A DNA stretch of 64,000 nucleotides from an uncultured Candidatus Saccharibacteria bacterium. Its GTDB lineage: Bacteria; Patescibacteriota; Minisyncoccia; Phycocordibacterales; DATGWK01. The position numbers and the translations under genes were made by a program. The notes under the pieces were generated by a model, which was not told where the DNA came from, made no database searches, and worked only from the letters and a program-made list of their open reading frames with translations. Below, in pieces: positions 27,654 to 37,833 of the stretch. Location of the stretch: the NCBI GenBank assembly GCA_964428845.1, contig CAYRZH010000001.1, forward strand, positions 204,445 through 268,444, given 5' to 3'. How positions within the stretch are numbered: position 1 is the stretch's first letter; each line of letters opens with the position of its first letter.

Positions 27654-28232
27654 TCAGGTTCTGCCTGCTACAAGTGCTCGTTCTTCTGGGCTCAGGTCGC
27701 TTTCTTGGGTTCCCGTGCGGAGCTTCTCGAAGACTATTGCTCTGGCGAGACTCTCGGCCTCGGACTCGGCGCCCTTGAAGAATGGGGGTGCTACACGTCC
27801 ACTTCCGTCAGGTACCATCATGTGTACATGAAGATGCTCGATGCTGCCCGCGGATAGTGTCGCATCTCCATCTCGGATCAGAACTCCACAACTCTTGATC
27901 CCGTATTTGGTCAGGATTGTGAGGTAGGCCGTGATAGCGGACGACATTTCGTCTTGCCGAAGTTGCTGTATGCCAGTCACATGTCGTCTTGGTACAATCA
28001 AGAAATGTTTCGCCGTGTGGTCCTCGGGGGGTCTACAGGGCCAGGCCATGCAGTTAGGATCTTCAAAAATTATCTGATTGTAGTCTCTGTCGATTTGACA
28101 GAAAGGACAGCGTCCCGCCAACATCTCTTCGACCCCTCGACAATACTGTGCATATCTACGAGCTCGCGAAAGGCAAGCGAGCTTGTTTCGGTCTGTGATC
28201 CCCGAGATTACCAGGGCTGTTTGTCCATCCAC
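27654..28232 (-). CDS. HIT-family nucleotide hydrolase
   Basis: CPFC, HFLIVPRRH, SIEHLHVH. Confidence 0.8.
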   Translation of the reverse strand: MDGQTALVISGITDRNKLACLSRARRYAQYCRGVEEMLAGRCPFCQIDRDYNQIIFEDPNCMAWPCRPPEDHTAKHFLIVPRRHVTGIQQLRQDEMSSAITAYLTILTKYGIKSCGVLIRDGDATLSAGSIEHLHVHMMVPDGSGRVAPPFFKGAESEAESLARAIVFEKLRTGTQESDLSPEERALVAGRT

Positions 28233-28289
28233 CTCAAATCTCCTTTGTTAATGGTTCCGGGACCAATCTAGTCTATTATTAAAGAATTA

Positions 28290-28778
28290 TCAAGTCGTTA
28301 ATTTCTTGTAATTCTTCGGCTGGCCAAATTTAAATTTCCAGGCTTCACTTTCGCCAAGCGCCTTGAGGTCCGGCTCTATCAGATGGGCATGAATATGAAG
28401 GACACTACTGCCATAGTTTCCGTTTTCTGGGTCACTACCAAATCGGATTGCAATCCCGCCGCCCGGGATTTTTCTTTTTTTAGTCTGCTTAGCAAACATC
28501 TCTATTAGTTCTTTACCGGACTCTGGATCCATCTCCTCTATGTGCTCGATATGCGTCTTATAAATCGCCAGCAACTGGTGCTTTATTTTCTCATAAGGCC
28601 ACTGGTTGTCTGTAAGCAACCAAAATTTCCCCTCGTCGATGATTGGGTTTTTGTGATATTTGTCCAAGTTTTCGATACAAAATGGACAGTGGCCCTGTTT
28701 TTTTATTTCTTCCATTACTGCTTTCTGATCTTCACGCCTCACCGAATCCATATTTATGTATCTATTTTTTTCGTTCAT
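28290..28778 (-). CDS. HIT-family nucleotide hydrolase
   Basis: CPFC, NQWPY, SVLHIHAH; start overlaps the folA end. Confidence 0.8.
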   Translation of the reverse strand: MNEKNRYINMDSVRREDQKAVMEEIKKQGHCPFCIENLDKYHKNPIIDEGKFWLLTDNQWPYEKIKHQLLAIYKTHIEHIEEMDPESGKELIEMFAKQTKKRKIPGGGIAIRFGSDPENGNYGSSVLHIHAHLIEPDLKALGESEAWKFKFGQPKNYKKLTT

Positions 28779-29253
28779 ATGTATAGAATGTACAGTCAAA
28801 CTTATTTTTCTCGTCTTTCTGGTGAAATTCCTCTGAAATTAAATTCCACTCATCTTTGTCGAATGTGAAGTAGACATCTCCGTCGGCAACTGTGTCGATA
28901 ACAGTAAGCATCAACCTATCCGTGAAAGGTAGAGCGAGCTTATATACTTCCGCTCCTCCGATTACGAAGACATCCTCTCCTTCTGCTATTTTTGCCGCTT
29001 CGTCCCACGAATGGATGACGACACAACCAGACGCCTGGAAGTCTTTTTGTGTTGTAAGGATTATATTTTTTCGCTCGGGGAGTGGCTTGCCAAGACTTTT
29101 TAGTATAGATTCGTAAGTCTTTCTTCCCATCAAAACAGTGTGCCCCTTTGTGGTTGAAGAAAAATGTTTTAAGTCCCTCGGTAAATGCCAAGGGATTTCA
29201 TTGGCGTGACCGATAACACCATTTTTGGAAGTGGCGACAATGATAGAAATCAT
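28762..29253 (-). CDS. folA: Dihydrofolate reductase
   Basis: IPWHLPRDLKHF, MGRKTYES, PLPER, IGGAEVY. Confidence 0.95.
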   Translation of the reverse strand: MISIIVATSKNGVIGHANEIPWHLPRDLKHFSSTTKGHTVLMGRKTYESILKSLGKPLPERKNIILTTQKDFQASGCVVIHSWDEAAKIAEGEDVFVIGGAEVYKLALPFTDRLMLTVIDTVADGDVYFTFDKDEWNLISEEFHQKDEKNKFDCTFYTYERKK

Positions 29254-30161
29254 ATTGCGACAGGAATGGCTTTTATGCCCGGGTGAGGGTTGTAGTCGGA
29301 AAGTTCAAAGTCTTCTCTTCTGAAATCAAAAAGATTATTTTTGTTTGTATTTAGGGTAATGGTCGGCAGAGCTCTAGGTTCGCGCCCGAGCATCGTTTCT
29401 ACGGCGGGAATCTGGTCTACATAGATGTGAGCATCAGAAAAACTGTGAACATATTCGTAAGGAATCGTCTTGGTAATGTGGGCGATCATCAAGAGAAGAG
29501 ACGCATATTGGATCATGTTGGAGGGCACTCCCACCGGCACGTCTGCCGACCTCTGAATCATGTGGAGGGTTAATTTTCCATCAATAATTCTTAAATGAAC
29601 CCAGCCATGACATGGGCACACGACCACCTTTTGCTGCTTGCCTTTTCCTCTGCCCATATATTGGGGGATCCACGGCGTGACGAAATGTGTTCGAAGTTGG
29701 GGTTCTTCGATCATCTGTTCGATTATGTGCTTCCACTGGTTGAAAGAGGTTCCTTCGGAAGTCGGAAAATCATGAAATGCCGGACCGTAGGATCCCGGAC
29801 CAAGATCACCAGTCTCAAGGCCGCGTTTGGCACATTTTTCTGGAGTTGCCCAAGACTTCCACCAAAAGCACCCAAATTTTTCCAGCTCGTCGAGGGTTCG
29901 AGCTCCGTTTATGAAGCCGCATATTTCAGCAATGGCTTGCTGCCAGACAGTTACAGCCAAAGTCTCTGAAACTTTTGGATTCATATTCCGCTCCGTGATC
30001 ATCGGGAAACCGTTTTCAATCTTGAATCGCATCGGTTCTGGCCCGATAAGAGTGACGGCGTCGACGCCTTGCTGGCTAGGAGAACGGACACCTTTTGTAA
30101 GTATATCTCTAAGCAATCTCTGGTATTGACCGTCTGGTTGTCGTTCCGAATATGGTTTCAT
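29250..30161 (-). CDS. thyA: Thymidylate synthase
   Basis: PCH, QRSAD.PVGVPSN, DAHIY. Confidence 0.93.
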   Translation of the reverse strand: MKPYSERQPDGQYQRLLRDILTKGVRSPSQQGVDAVTLIGPEPMRFKIENGFPMITERNMNPKVSETLAVTVWQQAIAEICGFINGARTLDELEKFGCFWWKSWATPEKCAKRGLETGDLGPGSYGPAFHDFPTSEGTSFNQWKHIIEQMIEEPQLRTHFVTPWIPQYMGRGKGKQQKVVVCPCHGWVHLRIIDGKLTLHMIQRSADVPVGVPSNMIQYASLLLMIAHITKTIPYEYVHSFSDAHIYVDQIPAVETMLGREPRALPTITLNTNKNNLFDFRREDFELSDYNPHPGIKAIPVAI

Positions 30162-30252
30162 GGTCGCTAAATTCTAGCACTTTTATTTTATTTACGGCAG
30201 TAGTACCACCGACTTTTTTCTGATATCCTGAACTCAACTTAAATAAACATGA

Positions 30253-31428
30253 ATGAAAGACAAACAAATTGAAAAACTCATTCAGTCCGAGAAAAAGCGC
30301 CAGAAATCGGTAATAAACCTGATAGCTTCAGAGAATTATGTTTCGGATGATGTTCTGGAAGCACTTGGTTCTGAACTTACAAATAAATATGCTGAAGGAT
30401 ATTCGAGCCTCCGCTACTATGGGGGGAATGAGTTTTCGGACAAAATCGAGACTCTCTGCAAAGACCGGGCCCTAAAACTTTTTGGACTTTCAGAAAAAAA
30501 ATGGCACGTAAATGTCCAGCCGCTCTCCGGTTCACCGGCCAATCTCGCTGTCTACGCCGCCCTTGTTTCGCCCCATGGAAAAATAATGGGGATGAGCTTG
30601 GATCATGGTGGTCATCTGACGCATGGCCACAAAGTTTCTATTACTGGGAAATTTTGGAATCAGATTCCCTATGGAGTAGATAGGAGTAGTGAGATTATAA
30701 ACTATAAAGATCTTAAAAAAATAGCTGTAGAACACAAGCCAGATATTATTGTGGCTGGTTTTACTGCCTACCCGCGCACTATAGATTTCGATAAGTTTCG
30801 AGAGATAGCCGATGCTTGTGGCGCGTATCTTCTAGTAGATATGTCTCATATTGCTGGTCTCATTGCTGGAGGTGCGTACCCGAGTCCATTTCCATACGCT
30901 GATATTGTCACCACCACAGTACACAAGACCCTGCGCGGACCGCGAAGTGCCATGATTTTTGTCAGAAAGGATGAGCGAAACCTAGACAAACTTATCGACA
31001 AAGCAGTTTTCCCCGGTCTCCAAGGTGGGCCGCATTTGAATCAGATCGCCGCAGTCGCCGTGGCACTTAAAGAAGCAGATTCTCCAGCCTTTAAAAAATA
31101 CATCTCACAAGTTGTTAAAAATGCCAAAGTTCTTGCTAACGAGCTTATGCGCCTAGACTGGCGCGTGGTTTCTGGTGGTACGGACAGCCATCTTGTCTTG
31201 GTGGATACATGGATGGGAGGGAAGGGGATCCCGGGTAAAGAGGCTAGTAGTCGACTAGAGAAAGAGGGGATCATTGTAAACAAGAATACTATTCCTTTCG
31301 ACAGCCGTTCCCCGTTTGATCCTTCCGGGATTCGCTTGGGTACAGCTGCAGAAACTACCCGCGGGAAAAAAGAAAAAGATATGCTTGAGATTGCACGAAA
31401 GATCAATAAAATTTTGAGAAAGAAGTAA
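30253..31428 (+). CDS. glyA: Serine hydroxymethyltransferase
   Basis: LIASEN, TNKYAEGY, GGHLTHG, TTTVHKTLRGPR. Confidence 0.96.
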   Translation: MKDKQIEKLIQSEKKRQKSVINLIASENYVSDDVLEALGSELTNKYAEGYSSLRYYGGNEFSDKIETLCKDRALKLFGLSEKKWHVNVQPLSGSPANLAVYAALVSPHGKIMGMSLDHGGHLTHGHKVSITGKFWNQIPYGVDRSSEIINYKDLKKIAVEHKPDIIVAGFTAYPRTIDFDKFREIADACGAYLLVDMSHIAGLIAGGAYPSPFPYADIVTTTVHKTLRGPRSAMIFVRKDERNLDKLIDKAVFPGLQGGPHLNQIAAVAVALKEADSPAFKKYISQVVKNAKVLANELMRLDWRVVSGGTDSHLVLVDTWMGGKGIPGKEASSRLEKEGIIVNKNTIPFDSRSPFDPSGIRLGTAAETTRGKKEKDMLEIARKINKILRKK

Positions 31429-31857
31429 ATGTCGACTATCCTAAAAATCATCCGGCTCGACAAAAGCATGAAAATGCCAGCTTACGCCTATCAGGATGAC
31501 GGAGCCTTCGATCTGTACTCGAGAGAGAGGATAACGATAAAACCTGGCGAACGTCTTTCTATCCCCACTGGTCTTAAAATGGAAATTCCTCCAGGATACG
31601 TTGGTTTTATTTGGGATAAAAGTGGGCTCTCACATAAGTTTGGTCTCAAAACTTTTGGTGGCGTGGCTGATGCCGGTTATCGCGGAGAGATTTTGGTTGG
31701 TATGATGAATTTGGGTACCGAACCATACACATTCGAGAAAAACCATAAGTTAGCGCAAATGACTATCCAACTCCGCGAGAAAGTGGACATCGTCGAGGTA
31801 GAGGAGCTCGGGGAATCTACTCGCGGTGAAGCTGGTTTTGGCAGTACGGGAAAGTAA
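31429..31857 (+). CDS. dut: Trimeric dUTPase (second copy)
   Basis: AFDL, KSGLS, GVADAGYRGE, RGEAGFGSTG. Confidence 0.9.
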   Translation: MSTILKIIRLDKSMKMPAYAYQDDGAFDLYSRERITIKPGERLSIPTGLKMEIPPGYVGFIWDKSGLSHKFGLKTFGGVADAGYRGEILVGMMNLGTEPYTFEKNHKLAQMTIQLREKVDIVEVEELGESTRGEAGFGSTGK

Positions 31858-31872
31858 CGGGGCACTGCAATT

Positions 31873-33600
31873 ATGTTCAATATTCAAGAGATAATTAAAA
31901 AAGAATTAGAGAAACTGGGACTCGATCTAGGGTCCGGCGTCCCTACCAGCGCCGAGACTTCTTCAAGTCTACTTGAACATCCAAAAACGCTTGAGCATGG
32001 CGACTATTCTTTTTTTATAAAAGACAAGGCGATAGATGTTTCGAAACTTCCAATCGACAAAATCAAACATAAATATATAGAAAAGGTAGTGGTGGTCGGA
32101 AAATTTATAAATTTCTATCTGTCGAAGCAGTTTTTTACCGATTCTCTTGAGGAAATTCTAGAAAAAAGCGATCAATTTGGGAGAAATAAAAATCTGGATG
32201 GAGAAAAAATAATTATAGAGTACACTGACCCCAATCCATTTAAAGAGTTCCACATCGGCCACCTCATGAGTAATGCCATTGGGGAGTCTCTTTCTCGTCT
32301 TCTCGAGTGGGGTGGGGCAAATGTAAAAAGAGCTTGTTACCAAGGAGATGTCGGACTCCATGTGGCCAAAGCTATTTGGGCCATGAAAAAACTCACTCTC
32401 GAAATGCCGGACATATCGGCGAACCTCTCCCAAAAGGTAGAATTTCTCGGCAAAGCCTATGTCTATGGGGCACGATCATATGAAGAAGACCAAAACTTTA
32501 AAAAAGAAATCGATGAGCTCAATAAGATTATCTACGAGAAGAGTAGTCTGGAAATAAACAAACTCTACGAATGGGGGAGAGAGGCCAGTCTCAAACATCT
32601 CGACTCTATATATAAAAAACTTGGAACTACTTTCGACTACTTTTTCTACGAGAGTGAGGCAGGCAAGGTCGGAATGTTTCTTGTTGAGGAACTTTTAAAA
32701 AAGGGAATACTAGCGAAGAGTGATGGGGCCGTGATATTTAAGGGTGAAGAGTATGGCTTGCACACCAGGGTTTTTGTTACATCTCAAGGCCTTCCGACAT
32801 ACGAGACAAAAGAGCTTGGTCTCGCCAAGATGAAATCTGATCGCGAGGACTTCGATCGTTCTATCGTTGTCACAGCAAGTGAGCAGGGCGACTATTTCAG
32901 AGTGGCTCTCAAAGTTCTTGGATTTGTCGATTCGACTGCTGAAAACAAAACTCGTCATGTTTCTCATGGGATGCTCCGGTTTGCCGAAGGCAAGATGTCT
33001 TCGAGGAAGGGCAATATTATTACTGGGGAATCTCTTGTCACTGACGTCGAGGAGCTTGTTTTAGAAAAAGTCCGAGACCGAGAACTTGGTGCTGAAGAAA
33101 AAGAAGAAATAAAAGAAGCGGTAGCGGTCGGAGCCATAAAATACTCTATTTTAAAACAGTCGCCAGGGCACGATATCATTTTCGATTTCAACAGATCTCT
33201 CTCGTTTGAAGGTGACTCGGGGCCATATTTGCAATACACCTACGCTCGAGCCAATTCTGTTTTGGAAAAAGCTAAAAAAGAAAATATAGAAGTGATTGGG
33301 GAAAGTGGTGCTGTGAGCAAGACTGCCCCTGAGGCGGCCGCCAAAACTACCGAAATCGAAAAATTACTTTATCGTTTCCCAGAAATAGTCTCGCGTGCTT
33401 TAAATGAGCAAGCTCCACAGTATATAACCACGTACTTGACCCAGATCGCTTCAGCATTCAACAACTTTTACGCCAACAACCAAATAGTCAATGTAAAAGA
33501 TGAAGAGTCTCCGCACAAAATCCTCCTGACAGAAGCTTTTAGGATTGTTATGAAGAATGGGCTCTATTTACTCGGCATTAGGGCACTAGATAAAATGTAG
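31873..33600 (+). CDS. argS: Arginine-tRNA ligase
   Basis: PNPFKEFHIGH, KMSSRKG, GDSGPYLQYTYAR. Confidence 0.95.
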   Translation: MFNIQEIIKKELEKLGLDLGSGVPTSAETSSSLLEHPKTLEHGDYSFFIKDKAIDVSKLPIDKIKHKYIEKVVVVGKFINFYLSKQFFTDSLEEILEKSDQFGRNKNLDGEKIIIEYTDPNPFKEFHIGHLMSNAIGESLSRLLEWGGANVKRACYQGDVGLHVAKAIWAMKKLTLEMPDISANLSQKVEFLGKAYVYGARSYEEDQNFKKEIDELNKIIYEKSSLEINKLYEWGREASLKHLDSIYKKLGTTFDYFFYESEAGKVGMFLVEELLKKGILAKSDGAVIFKGEEYGLHTRVFVTSQGLPTYETKELGLAKMKSDREDFDRSIVVTASEQGDYFRVALKVLGFVDSTAENKTRHVSHGMLRFAEGKMSSRKGNIITGESLVTDVEELVLEKVRDRELGAEEKEEIKEAVAVGAIKYSILKQSPGHDIIFDFNRSLSFEGDSGPYLQYTYARANSVLEKAKKENIEVIGESGAVSKTAPEAAAKTTEIEKLLYRFPEIVSRALNEQAPQYITTYLTQIASAFNNFYANNQIVNVKDEESPHKILLTEAFRIVMKNGLYLLGIRALDKM

Positions 33601-33672
33601 TTCTAAAGGTGAGTTATCGAGAGCCTCTCTTTTTGCATAAATGTCTAAAAATGCTAGTATTTTCCTTATATT

Positions 33673-36600
33673 ATGGCCGAAGAGACTAAAAAAAATGTGG
33701 GGAAAAGTGAAGTTGCGCTTGCGGAAGAAAAAATTCTAAGGTTTTGGAAAGAGAACAAAATTTTTGAGAAAACTCTAGCGAAAAAATCGCCTGGCGGTGA
33801 GTATGTCTTCTACGATGGCCCACCATTTGCCACTGGTCTTCCTCATTATGGTCATATTTTGGTGAGTGCTATCAAAGATACGGTGCCGAGGTACTGGACC
33901 ATGAAAGGCAAACATGTAGGGCGACGTTGGGGTTGGGATTGTCATGGTCTGCCTATCGAGAATATTGTCGAAAAGGATTTAAAAATTTCTGGGAAAAAGG
34001 AAATAGAAGCTCTCGGTGTAGAAAAATTTAACGAATACGCTAAAAGTAAAGTGCTTGATTATGTGAACCAATGGAAAGAAACGGTCGAGCGTATCGGCCG
34101 TTGGGTGGATTTTGATGGTTCATACAAGACGATGGACAACACCTTCATCGAGTCTGTCTGGTGGGCACTCAAAGAGATTTGGGATAAAGATTTAATTTAT
34201 GAAGGTACCCGAGTATTGCCATACTGCCCGCGCTGCGAGACTCCTATCGCCAACTCCGAGATCGCCATGGACAACAGCTATAAAGATATCACCGACATTT
34301 CGGTGTATGTGAAGCTCGAGCTCGTGCCTGAAGAAAAAACGGGTCAAGAAAGTGAACTTAAAACATATCTCCTGGCCTGGACGACTACTCCCTGGACCTT
34401 GCCAGGCAATACTGCCGCGGCAGTAAACAAAGACTTAATGTATGTAAAAGCAAAAGTCACGCCCGCTGCTGGTGGTGGAGCCACTCCATACTTCCTAATT
34501 TTTGCTAAAGAAAAGCTCGCCGCTATTTCTAGCCTGGCAAAGGACGCGAAGCTTGAGGTTGTTTCCGAGATTAAGGGCAGTGATATCGTCGGCAAACCCT
34601 ACAAACCACTTCTAGAATATTTTTCTGGAAAAAATATTAAGAATAAAGAAAATGGCTGGAAGGTTTATGCGGCGCCATATGTCACAGCCGAGACCGGAAC
34701 AGGCATCGTGCATCTCGCGCCTGGATACGGCGAAGAGGATATGGAGTTGGCAAAAGATAATAACATTCCATTTGTGATGCATGTTGGTGCCGATGGTAAA
34801 TTTGTTTCTGAAGTGGGAGATGGCCTCGCTGGGCTCAAGGTAAAACCGAAACCGACTCCAGAAGATCCACAAGGACACCAGTCTTCAGATATCTTGATTA
34901 TCAAAATTTTAGCCGCTCGTGGTGCGCTCTTTGCCAAAGAAAAGATTGTTCATTCGTACCCACACTGTCACCGTTGCGAAACCCCCCTCTACTATTTTGC
35001 TATTCCAGCTTGGTTTATAAAAATCAGCGAAGTAAAAAAACGCATGATTGCCTTAAACGAGAAGATAAACTGGGTTCCCGAACACTTGAAACACGGCAGA
35101 TTTCTCAAGGGACTTGAGGGTGCGCCCGATTGGAATATTTCTAGAAACCGTTATTGGGCTTCGCCTCTGCCTATTTGGAAATGTGACAAATGTCCAGAAA
35201 CTACTTTCCTCGGTTCACTCGAGGATATAAAAAAACATGCTCCAGCCAAAAACAAATACTTCGTGATGCGTCATGGAGAGGCGGAGAACAATCTTCTTAA
35301 GGTTTTATCTTCTGACCCAAAGAACAATCATCGACTTACTGATAAAGGAAGAAACGATGTGGCTGTGTCGGCTCGGCTTTTAAGAAAGAAAAAAATCGAT
35401 GTTATCTACGCATCATCTTTTATCCGTGCCAAAGAGACCGCACAGATCGTGGCCGAGGCACTCGGTCTTTCTAGCGACAAAATCGTCGTTGACGATCGAT
35501 TGGTAGAAATAAACTTCGGTGAGCTTAGTGGTAAGCCGATCAAAGCCTATCCAGAGTTTTACGGCTACTCATATAAAGAGGCTTTTGAAAAGTCGATGCC
35601 TGGCGGTGAGAATCTTTCTCTCGTGAAAAAGAGAGCGGGTGATTTTATTTCCGAAATTGAGGAGAAGGAGAATGGTAAAAATATTCTCATCGTCAGTCAC
35701 GAAACTCCGATCTGGATGCTCGAGGCGGCTGCCGCGGGTGCCACCATAGCCCTGTCCGTAAAGATCCGCGAAGCGAAAGATGATGTCATCGGAACCGCCG
35801 AGTTGCGCACGCTCGATTTTTCACCTATCCCTCACAATAAAGATTACGAGCTTGATTTCCATCGGCCATATATCGATAAGATTATTTTCCCTTGCGTTTG
35901 CGGAGAGGGACAGATGCGGCGTATTCCCGAAGTGATCGACTGCTGGTTCGAATCTGGTTCTATGCCGTTTGCCCAAAGCCACTATCCCTTCGAAAATAAA
36001 AGAAATTTCGATAAGAATTTCCCGGCGCAGTTTATCGTCGAATATATTGCCCAAACGCGAACCTGGTTTTACTATACCCACGTTTTGTCGGCAATTCTTT
36101 TTAAAGATATTTCATTTGAAAACGTCATTGCTCATGGGACGGTGCTTGCGGAAGATGGACAGAAAATGTCTAAATCTAAGGGAAATTTCCCAGACCCATC
36201 TCATGTTTTCGACAAATACGGTGTGGACGCATTGCGATTCTATCTTCTGTCATCGCCCCTGATGAAATCCGAAGATCTTAGTTTTTCTGAAAAGGGAGTC
36301 GATGAGGTATACAAGAAAATAATTTTGCGTCTGCGAAACACCCTATCTTTCTATGAGATGTATAAAGGGAACCACACTCCGACGCATTCTCCAAGAGCCG
36401 AGACCATCCTTGATCGATGGATTCTCTCGCGTCTAGCCGAGGTCAATCAACAAGTCGGGCGGGCCATGGATTCATACGAGATCGACCAGGCCCTGCGCCC
36501 AATCGATGGATTTATCGAGGATCTGTCGGTCTGGTTTTTGAGACGCTCGCGTGAAAGGCTAAAAAGCGATGATGCCACAGAAAAAAATTCTGCACTTGAT

Positions 36601-37227
36601 ATCTTCCACTCCGTTCTACTAGAACTCTCAAAAATTATCGCACCATTCACTCCTTTTATTTCCGAAGATTTGTACAAGAGACTTGGCGGGGCCTTAGAAA
36701 GTGTTCACCTCGAAAGCTGGCCAAAGGCAGGGCATACAGATCAGGGTGTCATCGAGGAAATGGCAGAGGTTCGGAGAATAGTAGGCTTCGGACTCGAAGC
36801 ACGCGCCAAGGCGGGCATAAAGGTGCGTCAGCCGCTCTCGGAGCTTAAAGTTAGAAACTCCAAAATTAGAGACAAAGAAGAACTTCTAGGTCTTCTCAAA
36901 GATGAAATAAACGTTAAACAAATTTCTTTTGACGAGAAAATTGCAGACGAAGTTTCTTTAGATACAAATATTACCGAGACTCTCAAGGAAGAAGGGGATT
37001 TGCGAGAGTTTATTCGATTTGTACAAGATCTTAGAAAAAAGAAAGGCCTCAAGGCAGGAGAAGGGGCTACACTAGAGATGCATACCGACGAGTCAGGAAA
37101 AAGATTTGTTACTAAATTTGAAAAGGAAATATTAGGAAGTGCCTTTATAAAAAATATTTCTCACTTAGAAAGTTTGGAGGGCGAAACTTTCGAAATGAAT
37201 GGTACTAAATTTGTACTCTCTTTTTAG
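33673..37227 (+). CDS. ileS: Isoleucine-tRNA ligase (type 2) with an inserted histidine-phosphatase domain
   Basis: DGPPFATGLPHYGH, WTTTPWTLP, DWNISRNRYW, KMSKS; RHG domain at 35251-35820. Confidence 0.93.
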   Translation: MAEETKKNVGKSEVALAEEKILRFWKENKIFEKTLAKKSPGGEYVFYDGPPFATGLPHYGHILVSAIKDTVPRYWTMKGKHVGRRWGWDCHGLPIENIVEKDLKISGKKEIEALGVEKFNEYAKSKVLDYVNQWKETVERIGRWVDFDGSYKTMDNTFIESVWWALKEIWDKDLIYEGTRVLPYCPRCETPIANSEIAMDNSYKDITDISVYVKLELVPEEKTGQESELKTYLLAWTTTPWTLPGNTAAAVNKDLMYVKAKVTPAAGGGATPYFLIFAKEKLAAISSLAKDAKLEVVSEIKGSDIVGKPYKPLLEYFSGKNIKNKENGWKVYAAPYVTAETGTGIVHLAPGYGEEDMELAKDNNIPFVMHVGADGKFVSEVGDGLAGLKVKPKPTPEDPQGHQSSDILIIKILAARGALFAKEKIVHSYPHCHRCETPLYYFAIPAWFIKISEVKKRMIALNEKINWVPEHLKHGRFLKGLEGAPDWNISRNRYWASPLPIWKCDKCPETTFLGSLEDIKKHAPAKNKYFVMRHGEAENNLLKVLSSDPKNNHRLTDKGRNDVAVSARLLRKKKIDVIYASSFIRAKETAQIVAEALGLSSDKIVVDDRLVEINFGELSGKPIKAYPEFYGYSYKEAFEKSMPGGENLSLVKKRAGDFISEIEEKENGKNILIVSHETPIWMLEAAAAGATIALSVKIREAKDDVIGTAELRTLDFSPIPHNKDYELDFHRPYIDKIIFPCVCGEGQMRRIPEVIDCWFESGSMPFAQSHYPFENKRNFDKNFPAQFIVEYIAQTRTWFYYTHVLSAILFKDISFENVIAHGTVLAEDGQKMSKSKGNFPDPSHVFDKYGVDALRFYLLSSPLMKSEDLSFSEKGVDEVYKKIILRLRNTLSFYEMYKGNHTPTHSPRAETILDRWILSRLAEVNQQVGRAMDSYEIDQALRPIDGFIEDLSVWFLRRSRERLKSDDATEKNSALDIFHSVLLELSKIIAPFTPFISEDLYKRLGGALESVHLESWPKAGHTDQGVIEEMAEVRRIVGFGLEARAKAGIKVRQPLSELKVRNSKIRDKEELLGLLKDEINVKQISFDEKIADEVSLDTNITETLKEEGDLREFIRFVQDLRKKKGLKAGEGATLEMHTDESGKRFVTKFEKEILGSAFIKNISHLESLEGETFEMNGTKFVLSF

Positions 37228-37228
37228 T

Positions 37229-37825
37229 ATGTTCTATCATACCCACAATACAGAAGCTTTCGTTCTGACTGCATTGCCTTCAGGAGAATCTAGCAAATAC
37301 GTATATCTATTTACAAAAGACCTCGGCCTGGTCGGAGCGCATGCTCAAGGAGTGAGAGATGTGAAGTCGAAGTTGCGTTATGCCCTCGACAACCTATCTT
37401 ACTCGAGAGTTTCTTTGGTGAGAGGTAAAAACTCCTGGAGACTCACCAACGCTGTGCCCCATAAGAATTTCTTTCTCGAGTTTCGCGATGACCAACCCAA
37501 GCTCATCTTATGTGCCAATACTCTTGCCCTTATAAAAAAGCTTGTTGCCGGCGAAGAAAAAAACCACAAACTTTTCGAAATTCTCGACAGTGGCTTTTCT
37601 TTCTTAGAGAGAGAAAGGCTTTCGTCTGACAACATAAAAAACGTCGAGGCGATCTTTATGTTGAGAATTCTAGATAACCTCGGCTATCTAGGTGACGAGG
37701 CCGTGCTCGAGCAGTTTGTCTTGGGCGACGCTTGGAGCCATGAAATGCTCGTAGAGATGGAGAGGGAACGACGAAATGCCGTTTTTGCTATAAATAAATC
37801 TCTCGAAGCGAGCCATATGATATAA
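37229..37825 (+). CDS. recO: DNA repair protein RecO (short form)
   Basis: TEAFVL...GE...LFTKDLGLV.A.AQGVR..KSKL. Confidence 0.8.
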   Translation: MFYHTHNTEAFVLTALPSGESSKYVYLFTKDLGLVGAHAQGVRDVKSKLRYALDNLSYSRVSLVRGKNSWRLTNAVPHKNFFLEFRDDQPKLILCANTLALIKKLVAGEEKNHKLFEILDSGFSFLERERLSSDNIKNVEAIFMLRILDNLGYLGDEAVLEQFVLGDAWSHEMLVEMERERRNAVFAINKSLEASHMI

Positions 37826-37833
37826 TTTTTGTC

